Assembly (NCBI GenBank): GCA_002633005.1
Contig: NMRA01000038.1
Location: 80,112-144,111 of the forward strand
Direction of reading: 5' to 3'
DNA: 64,000 nucleotides
Source: Phoronis australis
Lineage: Eukaryota; Animalia; Phoronida
Shown here piece by piece: positions 52,878-64,000 of the stretch. Position numbers and translations under genes: made by a program. Each line of letters begins with the position of its first letter. Position 1 is the first letter of the stretch. Below the pieces are notes generated by a model that had not been told where the DNA came from, did not search any database, and was given only the letters and a program-made list of their open reading frames with translations.

Positions 52878-53662
52878 CTGAAATGAAAGAATGCAGGGTG
52901 GTCAAATCATGGCAGAAACGAAGTACATTTTTCTGAAAGTTGTTTCTATTGAAAAATTTGTGTCCCAAACTGAAGAATTTTTACCATACTATTGTCAGTA
53001 GAACTTTCTGACCGAAAATCTCTGCTTGAAAGGTTCAAGGTCTGTGCCAGAAGTTCAGGCTTACAATAAACATGAGCTCAACTTCACATTCCCATCCTTG
53101 TATTACGTAGTAAGCCACTTACAACAGCAATATAGTGTTCCAGCGATGATCCCTAACAAATGAATAAGTGGTGAGTATACAATGGTAAGCCCTTATTAAC
53201 AAATTCAGTTAAAAAGGTCTCTGTTAACTAGAAACTATGTAGGGGCTTTGCCTTCTTATTTTACGAAGTGCAAAACTTATCCTGTGCAAATTAGGTGAGG
53301 CAAGAATTTCGCCACCAAGTGTCCACTTGTGAAATAAGCTAGGGACACAATATTATTTTTATCAATAATTTGAGCATGCGGAATAAGGTGAGTGTTCTAA
53401 ATAAGTGGAGAATTACCGTACTTATTTACAGACATGTTACGCACACATCTCCATCAGGCTTCCAAAACTGGTAAATTAGACACTACAAAATCACTGGGTG
53501 ACCTGTGACAATGCTCGCTGCGAATTTCAAAATTATTGATGAAGTAACACTTGCAAATTGAATGCTAACATGTTAACATGTTATGGTTCCTGGCTGCACA
53601 AAATAATTACAGGTTGCAGAAGCCTGCATTACGTAGTCTTCTTCTCACAAAGATTGTCCTAC

Positions 53663-53790
53663 CTGTCTAACACCATGGTAAATACACAACCAAAAGAGAA
53701 GTAGAGCACAGAGAAATGTAGCCTGGAAAATGGCATCAAACAATCCTGGCAACCAACTATTGATGAGAAAGGTTAGGGCGAACACTGGGT
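53663..53790 (-). CDS. TMEM181: TMEM181 exon 8 (NPVFALTFLINSWLPGLFDAIFQATFLCALLLFWLCIYHGVRQ)
   Basis: AG/GT bounded; conserved FLCALLLFWLC.YHG.R. Confidence 0.95.
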
Positions 53791-54719
53791 CTGAAACAAA
53801 GACAAGTCAGTGTTATGTTACAAATTTGTTTAAATGAATAACACACAACTCTATTTGTTTATTTAGCAGTTAGCACTTGATCCACATGACCTATGAGGTC
53901 GTAACCTATGAGGTCATGTCAATGATTATGAAATTTGTTAAGACCAGAACACTTAAGAATATTCTAATAGGTTCTAGCATATGACTTATACAGAGCTGTG
54001 GCCTGGAACATTATATAGCCCAGCCTCAGAATGATTGGGTAAAGATTTAATAATACAAAGTCATAGAATGTGCTTGAATAGATAAAAGTTTCAGAACATT
54101 GAAAGAGATAAAATTACTGACACACGAGTCAGTAAGATTCCAACAGTAGTTACAGCCAGCAGTTACCGAGTCAATAATGACTCAATAACAGATGCAGCAA
54201 CAGTAGTTATTGAATCCATCAGAGACAGACTGCTGCTGAAAGTGACTAAAAAGCTCATGACATCCAGTCAAGACTTGGAGGTGCTGGATGGAGCATTAGA
54301 ATAGGCATAGCATGGGATGTTTTGTTGGAGTAAACTCGCGTAGATTCGGTTGAGATTAACGAAAGTGATCAACTCGAACCAGTCTATAGTCACACAAATT
54401 TCTACTAGCAATGGTCAATGATGACCTGCGCCCATCCATCCAGAGTGGACAACATTTGACAATTAGTATAAATGACCAGTGCAAATGCTGGTTCTGAAGC
54501 TCAAATGGAATGGAGTGACCATATGATGCGTATCAATTATGAATAAGGAATAGATTTATTAAGTTTAACACATACCCAACTTACTAACTGCAATCATGGC
54601 AGATTTTAGTAACAGTACACACGCGCCACTTACTAACTGCAACAGAAGATTTAGTAAATAAATGAATCCACTTACTCATGGCAAAAGCGTATTAATAAAG
54701 TTACACATATTCTACTTAC

Positions 54720-54819
54720 TATTGTACAGCAACAGTAGAGGTAGTAATGCAGACATCCACCTCTGTTCAATGGACCAGTCTCGTACTGAGAACCGGCGCA
54801 AGTTGTGGGCAAACAAGCA
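54720..54819 (-). CDS. TMEM181: TMEM181 exon 7 (CLFAHNLRRFSVRDWSIEQRWMSALLPLLLLYN)
   Basis: AG/GT bounded; strongly conserved. Confidence 0.95.
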
Positions 54820-56571
54820 CTAGAATAGAAAATAATGTCCTTATCTAACAAATATCAAGAAAGCCAAATTGACCTGCATCACATTGAGGCTATCCCTAGG
54901 TGGAAGGCAACTTAAGATCCTGTTTATCAAGTAGAGCTACTGACATTTTCCATGTTTTTTTGCTTTTCCACTGGCATAGTCAAGTATTATCCAAAATGCA
55001 AAATTAAGTGACGTAAACGACAAAGGGATTTGCAGGCATGAAAGCTGTTCAATTACTCTTAATGTACCTTGGCAGTGTGTTCAACACCACGATAGAATGC
55101 CCAAAACCAGCATTTTGGATACATTCTATTTCCTAACCTGCAACTGTGAAATGCTTCTACTTTCCATTAGCAAAACTTCAATCTTTTGCAAGTCCCCTTA
55201 CCTTTCCTATTCACTCCTCTCCAGTATTGACAAACTTAAGGAGTTTCTACCTCTTCTACTGCAGGTATAAAATACAGAGGGCATATCTGAGTTATAAGAG
55301 ATATGCAACTCTGAGTAACTGGGACTGCTGTTTAAGTCCTCAATTTAAGCCCTGCCACTGTTCATTAGTTTATGAGATAAATTCTATTCGTTAACAGCCA
55401 CTTTCATGAATAATCGTGTCCTCAATTTTAATGCTCAAACAATTAAAGCAGACTCTTGTCGGGCTGTGAGCTGGATCTGGCACCGGGCATTGTCATGTTT
55501 ACAATGGACTCCATGGTTGTCCTGTCTAAGATATGTTCTTAATATCTTACTGGACCATTTTCCGTGCCACGCATTCATACCCTGCTGTGGTGTGGAGCTA
55601 TGTGCCTGGTTATGCAGGCGTCCAAATGAATGAAAGAGAGGGTCACATTGGGGCATTTAACAAAACAGACCCCTCAATCTGTACGTCTCTGACATCAAGC
55701 TTTTGGCGAGGCACTCTTCTATCGTCAACATCAGAGACTGTCTGCCTATGGCGACGGGACCTGCATCTTGAATTTTAATTGCGACCTGTGCCTCAAGCCG
55801 GTCCAGCAACATACAGGGGCGACTGGAAAACCAACAGCTTACGGGCAACATCAGTGTTGTAAGTTAGCACCTCCTGCTGTCGGGATGAAAGTGTGGTGAG
55901 ATGATTAGTGCTGCCGCACATCTTCTATGACACTGTTTGTGTCTCTTTATTTCAGGACGGAAGTGTGGTGAGATGATTAATGCCACTGCAAATCCTCTAT
56001 GACACTGTCTGCGACAGGTAATTTGCAGGTAATTTAATGCAGACTAACATTACTTCTAAGAGAGTTTGTACAATACGGCAAGTTGGGTTCCTTACCCATA
56101 GTCACACCTGGCCACTGATCAAATGATTCCTTCAACTTCAAGATTCAATGACACTAAATTGATTCATTCAACTACGAAGTTTGTGACTTCGGATTGATAT
56201 TAATTGGTTAGCAGTGAATGGAATCGTGGGAATTCTCGTCATTTTGTAGGATGACCAAACGGACATGCATGTAAACACAAACTGACAGTCTTTCCATCAT
56301 GACAGCTCGGTGCAAACAGAATTCACCATCAGAATAGCAGAATGACAAGTAAAGACCCACCAGGACAAGGAAACGGTCTGCTCAATCTTATCCCAAACTG
56401 TATGGCTCTGAGTGTTCCAAAACAAGACAATGGTGAATGGCAATCTTTTCAAATTCCCTCTGTATTCACAATAACCGTCACTGTTGCACCACCGCAGTGA
56501 ATTCATGTCAAACTTTAGGCTAACGCTCAATACTGTAAAAAAGCGAAGTCAAGTTCTTGTCTAATACTTAC

Positions 56572-56652
56572 AGTTGCGATGAACGTGAGAACCAAGAAGA
56601 AGAAACGGAACCAGATCTCCAGATTTGTAAAAGATTTGTTGTATGTCTTGAA
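56572..56652 (-). CDS. TMEM181: TMEM181 exon 6 (FKTYNKSFTNLEIWFRFFFLVLTFIAT)
   Basis: AG/GT bounded; LEIWFRFFF motif. Confidence 0.95.
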
Positions 56653-56689
56653 CTGAAATTAAATGAACAACAGCTTAGATACTACAAGA

Positions 56690-56946
56690 GCAATGCAAAG
56701 CATTGAAGTGCTCCCATGACTGTCCCGTAAATGGTATGCATAATATAGAGGTGTTTTTTGGTATCATAAAAAGTCACTAATTGGCGTAAAATACAGCAAA
56801 CCTGTTTGAATACGGGAACAGCAATGTAAACAAAGCATTGAAATGCAACCCCGATAGCCCGACAAAAGGTATGCATATATGGAGATTATTGGTATCGTAA
56901 AACTGGTCACTTAGTGGCATAGAATACAGCAAATCTGTCCGGATAT
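56690..56946. repeat. Diverged tandem duplication (~135-bp unit x2)
   Basis: caaagcattgaa...ggtatgcata...ggtatc.taaaa...gtcact...aatacagcaaa.ctgt repeated. Confidence 0.75.
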
Positions 56947-57390
56947 GTGAAAGCGTCAACGTCTAGCTAACAGAAACCTAATGTCATATGAATACGCCAA
57001 GGAACTCAAAGATGCACACATAAGAAATAAAATTGCCATTGATTCAACTGGGAATCACCTTGAGGAGCCATGGCTTTGCTTGAGGTGTACCTCAGATCAA
57101 TCTGTTTCTTAAGGTACACGTTGGGGGGATGAGAAGGACTGAGGACCCTTTTAGAATAGAACGTGACGTAAGGTGATATCAAATTATCGCAATCAATAAA
57201 AGATCAGTTTTTCTTATTGTAACCTAAATTATCTCATTTAAACAGTCTTGTTCTGACAGCATTTGGAGAACAGCCTAAAGCCTTTGAATCCAGTGATCCA
57301 TTACTCCTGAGATACCAAGAACATATTTCGATACTTTCTCACAAATAAGGTAACCCGTAACCATGGTGAAAAGAATGAGTGAGTACTTAC

Positions 57391-57513
57391 AAAAAACTGA
57401 ATTTCCTTGACCTCGTGCTTCAGGTTGTCTTTCAGTCCATAGAAGTCCACTGTGATGACGTAGTCAGAATACTTGAGATAACCAAGATGGAGGAGAATGA
57501 TGTCATCACAGGA
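57391..57513 (-). CDS. TMEM181: TMEM181 exon 5 (SCDDIILLHLGYLKYSDY...EIQFF)
   Basis: AG/GT bounded; HLGYL.Y motif. Confidence 0.92.
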
Positions 57514-58192
57514 CTACAAAGTCAACAAAACATATTAAAGCTTATCTTGAATAGTAACATGTCTGACCACACTGAAATCTTAAATTGTCAAAAGTAATAA
57601 ACGCTTTAATACACTTATTCCTTGACTTTCATCCACTTCACCCCGACAACACTCAGCTATGTCTAACAGCTTCAAACAATATCCACTCAATTAATCGATG
57701 TTCTATTCAATATACTCTGATAACAGTGACAGCTACATACTTCCACCGCAGGCACTGGCGAATGTCCAAAACTACGACTATCACCAGTTCTTTGGTTACT
57801 GTTTTCACACAGAGACGCAACATGGCACAAAAATACTACAAGTTCACGTCTCATTTGACGTGCCTTGGTTTGAGTGACGAAATCTGGATTTCCTGTGTTG
57901 CTATAAAGCATTGCTATGACTACCTGGATAGTCCAACACATCTAGCATAAAAATCAGTTGGAGAAAGTCTTTAAAAGGTACAAGCAGATCTACTTAAAAC
58001 TGACTCCACCTATTTTGCACCAATCAAGAATCAGCGAACTACAATAGATATCACCTGCACCCTATTGGACGCAATAAAACAATTTGTTATAAACAATGTG
58101 GATGACAACAATTCTACAATTCAGAATACATGTTTGGTAGCCAAGGACACGTGTATTCAACATAGAATTGTCAAGTTCTGGAATTGACTTAC

Positions 58193-58311
58193 TGAACTAC
58201 AACGCAACTCTCGAGTTCTGTTGTGGTAATCAACCACTGATTCACTGGTCTCCTGGTCTGTAAGGGCTCGGATACCCACACCCACATGAAATGCTTGTTG
58301 AAACATTCCAC
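58193..58311 (-). CDS. TMEM181: TMEM181 exon 4 (GMFQQAF...HNRTRELRCSS)
   Basis: AG/GT bounded; HNRTR.L.C motif. Confidence 0.9.
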
Positions 58312-60088
58312 CTGGAAAATGGTAAACATAATGTTCACTAGTCACCCGTTAAGAATCCCACAAATTTAATGAACAGCAGATCCATCAAAATTGTACTGAA
58401 CCGCACTAAGGCAAAAATACAATTTGTCTACAAGAGTGTGCCACAGTAGATTTGTTCGATTGATGGAAGAAAACAAAATTTGAAAGTAATAAAAATGGTC
58501 ACTATGTGGCACAAAATACATGTAATCTGGCCGAAAATATGGTAGTTTCATCATCTCTTCAATAGAAACCTATTCTTCAATTTTTATGAAAATTGTTCAA
58601 CTCCTAAGATAAAAACGCAAACAAAATACATAATTCTCACTAGGGGACACACCAGTAGTCGGATCCCTCCCTAAATTCACTCATGCCGTCCCATAAATGA
58701 CAGAAAAAAGTCTGTAAAATTCCACAAATATCCATCTGCACTTTGAAGATACATCAGCGGACACCGGACAGTCGTACAGACAGGAATGAGGGGGTAATGC
58801 ACCCACATAAAAATGTGTGGGTGCATAAAAAATAAAAATGTCACAAGAGGACGCCACAACTGATCTGTCTGAAAATCAATATTGGCCATATGATACTGTC
58901 CAATATTGGCTATATTATACTCTCTCCAATATTGGCCATATAATACTCTCTCCAATATGAAGACATCTGTCATCTTTCATGATTCTTCAAGAGGTTTGAT
59001 AAATATGGAGTCGGACAGCAACAGAACACAAAAATAACAACTAGCTAGGGAGCACAGAAAGCACAAAATAGTTTGAATCTATCCGTAATTTGACAAGTTT
59101 CCCTCATAGATGGATATTTGTACGATTTCATGAACATCTTGTAGATATCAAGACATAAGACAAAGAAATTGCCACTACGGTACGCCACAGTAGTGATATT
59201 CATCCGGATTTAGTCAGCACCAGCTGCAATCTCCACAACAGGTACCAAATCTATGATGATCCATCACGAAACGCAGGGACAAAAACTGCCACTAGGTGGC
59301 GCTGATTTTCCAATACATTACACAATCACCATCAGTAATGGTCTCCTTGATGCAAATACATATGTCAAATTTCATAATAATCCTTCAAGCACTTCGGCAA
59401 ATAGGGACGGATAAGAAAACACACTCATAAATAATAAAAATTACCACTGGCACTAGGGAACACAGATTGCCATGAATCTGTTAGAAATTGGGAAGGCTTC
59501 ATTCCCATCTCATTAGAAATATAATTGCCAAATTTCATAAAAACCACTGAGGAACAGGGCAGATTCAGACAAAACTAAAAAAAAGAAAATTGTCACTAAG
59601 AGACACACCAGTAGTCAGAGTCATACAAAAGTCGACGTCATCTAACTTCTGAATCAGTTTAATAGGAACACCTCTGAAATTTTATGAAGATCATGCATAC
59701 ACATTCAGAGATACAGCAATCAACCCCAGACACCAGACAGAGGATGACAGCAATATGTTCCCACATAGTTATGCATGTATGGGAGCATGAACATTTGTGA
59801 AGCTCATTTTGAAGTAGACCTATACAGTCTTTGGGATGTTCCTTGAACAAACCTCAACTGGTAGGGTGTTTTCACACCTGATGCACCCCTCTTGGCTATG
59901 GGTACGAAACTGCTTAAGAGCATTTGAGTTTTAAAATGTGCCTGGTAAGGCACATTAAGAATATAATTATTTAACCATAAAAAGTGTGTCAGATTGACTT
60001 GACCTGTTTTACAATGTTAAGTGTTAAGGCAACATGTAGATGATACAAAGTATCAATCTAACACTAACTACATTCCTTATTCACATAC

Positions 60089-60179
60089 CACTTGAAGCAT
60101 CCGTAATAATGCTGGCAATTAGCCACAACTGTTGATTAAATGTGGACATGGGTGGTGACTTCATTGTAAAGGGACCAGT
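60089..60179 (-). CDS. TMEM181: TMEM181 exon 3 (TGPFTMKSPPMSTFNQQLWLIAS...)
   Basis: AG/GT bounded; ST.NQQLWL motif. Confidence 0.92.
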
Positions 60180-61977
60180 CTGAAAAAGAGTGATAAGTAA
60201 ATTATCATCACTTTTATCCTAAATTAGTTGCTTTTATACACCAAAAAACAGTGAAGAGCAACGACACCAGGCCCCTTTATTTAAAAACATGCCTACATGT
60301 TTTATCTAGGCTAAGCTTTTCTGTTTTTTGTTTAGTATAGTTCTAGTAAACACTTGACTGGCACTAGTTATGTAATGTCAACAATTATGTAATACGTTTA
60401 CAGTAGAATGCTAACAAGACCATTTTAGTATATTAACACTCTGGATAATAATGCCTAGCACATTTCAATTGGCTATTTTGAAAATTGGGGGTGGGCTCTT
60501 AGCCCACAGATGGACGTTTAAATCGGAAATTTCATGAAATTGTAATGGGTGCTTATGGTGTCCTGAACCAGACAGCCATTCAGTGAAACTTGAATCATCC
60601 TCTCTAACGTGAATTTGCGTGGCTGAGTACACAACTTGAAATACTAAAAAATACACATTGAAAAAATATACTCGCCAGAATTCTAGACTGACATATCGTA
60701 TGACTGCAGATATGAATTAAGATAAAACTAAGCGCAAAATCCTTCACTTTATTTGCAGTTCAAATTTTGCAAATCAAACAACTGAAATTAATTTTGTCAA
60801 AAAACTCCCACAAGGCTTTGTATGCCCTTGCCGAATGACGTATTAGTGCTCAAAAGTGATGCAGTGTAAATTTCATATTAGCAAAAACTGGCTTATGTCG
60901 TTTATGTAACTATCCAGTAATTGATTTACCCAAGAAAATAAGTTACTGTTTTTACCAAGATATGGAAGTTGACTGCAAGAATTACTAACAGCATTATACC
61001 GTCTGCTTACGATGTACTGCGAGTAAATTTTAAGTAAGAATTCCAAACACGAAATCAATAGTTGTTGTCAAGCAGTGTTTGACTAATCAATAACATTAGC
61101 AAAGATCAAACATTGCAGTTCAACAGGTGTGAGGCAAAACAACAGAAGAAAAAGTTGAAATAATTAAAAGATGCTAAAAGCTGAAATCGATGGTGAAAAC
61201 TGATGAATGAAAGAGTATAAAATACATCTAAACAAATATGTTAAATTCTAAGGACCGGCATCCCAAACATTGCTCTTTCCCAAAAGGTGTGATAGAGTGC
61301 TGGTCAATGTGGAAGTACCAACTAGACTCCCTGTCCTGAAGTGCGTCACCCTGCCCTGAATTTGTTGCAGACCCAAGTCTCCACAAGGACATGCTTTAAA
61401 CAGTAAACGCAGTCACGCACCATTGGTCATGGATGCCCTCAGAAATGGGAAAATCCACTTTAGGCCCCTATTTGAAATATCTCAGATGATATCCTGCCAA
61501 ACAGTGGGCCCTTAACTGAAAATTCTCAAAACCAGAGGATGACTCCTTAGATAAGCAGGGGCCCTTGAAATCCCAAAATGAGCTTGAGCCTTAACGGGAA
61601 TTTTAACAGTATGCTAAGTGTTCTAGAACAAATTAAAGCTGTAAATCCCAACTGTGAAGCAGTCAATCATAACCGTGTTCAATTGGTCAAAAGTTATCGA
61701 TCACAGCTCAGCTTTCTTATTCACTCTGTGCAGCCAAATAAAGACAAAGAAGTCACATGACCACTTTATGCTCATTGTGTAGTAAAAAACCAATATTTAC
61801 AGAACCTAAAAGTTTCATAGTTTGCAAGTCCTTAATGGATACAATGTATCTGTTTCAAATGTTTTAATTCAAGACACTGAAATCATGCAATGCCCTTGAC
61901 TGATCATTTTCAACAGTTCTAGCATGCAATTTACTAGGAAGAGAACATGAGAAAACTGCGAGTGTGCTCATTCTTAC

Positions 61978-62045
61978 CTTTAAACTGGAAGGCTTTGGTT
62001 GAAGTGCAGTGGCATTCTGGACAGTTTGAGATACGACTGGGGGAC
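61978..62045 (-). CDS. TMEM181: TMEM181 exon 2 (GPPVVSQTVQNATALQPKPSSLK)
   Basis: AG/GT bounded; phases 1/0 fit both neighbouring exons. Confidence 0.8.
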
Positions 62046-62535
62046 CTTAAATACATTTACGTAAAACATGTAGAACACAACTGCCAGAGATCAAATTACT
62101 TAAAAGTTTAACTGAAAATGTCTTTGTAATTGAATCATCCGCAGACATACGTCCCAGATGTAACACACAAGCTTGGACACTACCCGGCGAAACTCACATG
62201 CCTGGTCACTCCCAGATGGGACTCGCATGCCTCGTTTAAAACCAAAGAGAGGCATGCTTGGGGTCAAATAAGATGCATGCACCAATGTCCCTTTAAAGAG
62301 CTTAAAACCACCAATTTCATATCAAAAACACCAAAACACACCCACCAGTCGATCAGCTGTCAAATTAGAACACCGCAAACACTATCCGACAACATCTTAT
62401 TTGGCTGTCTCAAGCATTTATTGGTCGAAACATGCAAGTAAAATTGGAACAACTAATCACAGCCCTAGTCATCTTTCATTATATTTAGTGTGAATATCCT
62501 CAGATATTGCTGCTGGTTTTCCGGTGGTTTAGGGA

Positions 62536-62715
62536 AAGGCAAGAAGTTGCCCTCATGGTGGTTGTGACAACTTAGGACTTGGCCATGGTGTGGCTCGTAT
62601 CACTTTTCCGTGGGACAACCCAGAAGTGCGAATATGGCACAAGAATGTACAAGAACCTCGCGTGTTGGTGGACAAGCCACACCAGCGCTGGGTACATTCA
62701 TACTTCATACTCAAG
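62536..62715 (+). pseudogene. THAP-domain relic in the first TMEM181 intron shown (ARSCPHGGCDN...ITFPWDNPEVRIWHKNVQ)
   Basis: C-x4-C, FP and W at THAP spacing; AAG where an ATG is expected; no CxxH end. Confidence 0.4.
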
Positions 62716-63166
62716 ACCACGGATCTAAGAAACTTTCAACTGAAGTTGCTTTTCTTCTATTTTCCTGTTTTTTGGGGGGATAAATTTTACTATTGTGATA
62801 CGCAGTTCTATAATGGAAAGTTTCATGTGGCTGAAAATGTAGCCAAATGTCAAAATGAGGTAAATAATGGTTTTAAGCACTTTAAGATTTAGGAAACATT
62901 AGAACCTGTCAATGACTGAATTCACAAACAGAGTTCCGTGAATTATTGTGAGAGCTGTACCAATATTCTCCACGTTATTCAGGATTCTACATGGGATTAA
63001 AGATACTATATATACCTTGGAAATCCTAGAGTGGCAGTATAACCATTAGCAATGCACAGAATGTACAAACAAGTGAAATGCTTTAAAATAACATAAAAAT
63101 GCACTTTCTTTTGTAAATAATAATTGTTAAGTCTAAATCACTTACAAACCTCAAATGCTCACTCAC

Positions 63167-63260
63167 CAAATAGACCAACGATTAAAGAGAGTCCGAAACA
63201 TATAAAGAACACCACAAACACCATGACGAACTGTCGCTTGTTGAGAGTGTATAGTCGCAT
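63167..63260 (-). CDS. TMEM181: TMEM181 first coding exon seen (MRLYTLNKRQFVMVFVVFFICFGLSLIVGLFG); the exon probably starts at an acceptor at 63270, with more 5' exon(s) upstream
   Basis: Matches the recalled TMEM181 MRLYTL.KR.F..VFVVFFICFGL. The 13 exons sum to 1440 nt (479 aa plus stop) in one continuous frame. Confidence 0.93.
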
Positions 63261-63641
63261 CTGTACTGATCTGAAAGTATAATAGGACACTTTGGTATAG
63301 CTCATCTGATGACTAAGTAGGCGTGCCCAAAATAAGCACACGGCAGAGGAGTACCAGTATTTGATCAAGTCTAATCTCAGCGTTAGATTTATGGAAGGCC
63401 CTCTAATCTAAAAAGAAAGGATCACAAAACATAAAGAGCACTCATTCAAAAGGGGCGCACTTATGTATAATGAAATGATTTACAGGGGATCACAAAATGC
63501 AGACAAAATCTCAAACATTAAAGGCGAAGGCAACCTTTTTCGATGTCATTTTGAGCTAAAATAAGGTTGGTTGGTTATCCTAGACATATTTACCACTTAA
63601 TTACAGCTTTTCGTAATTTTATTAATTACTCGTTCGCTACT

Positions 63642-63680
63642 CCGGAAGTGACGTTTTAGGAGGCAAGCATTTCGCGCCAA
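63642..63680 (+). promoter_or_regulatory. ETS-CRE composite (CCGGAAGTGACGT) and E2F-like site (TTTCGCGCCAA) upstream of the THAP ORF
   Basis: Motif matches at 63642-63654 and 63670-63680. Confidence 0.45.
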
Positions 63681-63786
63681 TTTCTTTTCATATAGTCTGA
63701 CTGTGAAAGCTGTCGAGTCAGTCATTGTTCTACCTCGGTTGTGTTAAGTTCCGTCATCGTTTGCTTTCATTTACTAGTCAGTCAAC

Positions 63787-64000
63787 ATGCCACACTGTTG
63801 CTGCGTACCAGGATGTACTAATTATCGACTCACGCGCGCTTTGGGAGTACCTTTGCATCGCTTTCCGATGGATGACACACTTCGCCCTACTTGGCTCGTT
63901 CGTGTGAAGAACGCAGCGTTACCCGTCCACGCAACGTACAAAGCAGTGGAGAATTACCGTGTGTGTGGCAAGCACTTTCTGCCGTCCGATTACGAAAGGG
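63787..64000 (+). CDS. THAP zinc-finger domain protein, 5' part, truncated by the window (probably a transposase N-terminus)
   Basis: MPHCCCVPGCTN...LHRFPMDDTLRPTWLVRV...YRVCGKHFLPSDY: complete C2CH THAP signature, open to the window edge. Missing from the ORF track because it has no stop here. Confidence 0.9.
   Translation, partial: MPHCCCVPGCTNYRLTRALGVPLHRFPMDDTLRPTWLVRVKNAALPVHATYKAVENYRVCGKHFLPSDYER

Larger units (their letters stand above)
63522..64000 (+). mobile_element. Left end of a probable Kolobok-type DNA transposon (TTAA|AGGCGAAGGCAACC...)
   Basis: TTAA at 63518-63521 followed by AGG; homologous to the relic end at 4515-4594; THAP ORF starts 265 bp inside. The right end is outside the window. 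Confidence 0.5.

Noticed and set aside
55400-55800. Possible degraded LINE endonuclease (CRRPN, HIGAFN)
   Set aside because: Motif resemblance is too weak and spread across frames.

Overview
Animal (probably marine invertebrate) genomic DNA: AT-rich, spliceosomal GT-AG introns, rich in MITEs, three N gaps. Three main elements. (1) A compact cluster at 20.9-43.3 kb of five very divergent two-exon paralogs (four on +, one on -). All have one phase-1 intron at the same position, a charged coiled-coil-like N-terminus, and a shared helical domain ending in an '(L)xCRYLRL...L...C...G...LHxH' motif. From memory, that motif matches the C-terminus of the testis protein C16orf78 (DUF4638). Each paralog has a CRE or CRE-like site within about 125 bp of its ATG. 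(2) A TMEM181 ortholog on the minus strand (13 coding exons, 63260 to 47586, about 479 aa). (3) A THAP-domain ORF starting at 63787 and running off the window, just inside a TTAA-AGG terminus, probably a Kolobok-type DNA transposon. A decayed relative of that element lies at about 3.2-4.6 kb and two more THAP-like relics sit in TMEM181 introns. The rest is non-autonomous DNA transposons, tRNA-like SINE heads and minisatellites. No host coding gene could be supported in 1-20 kb.
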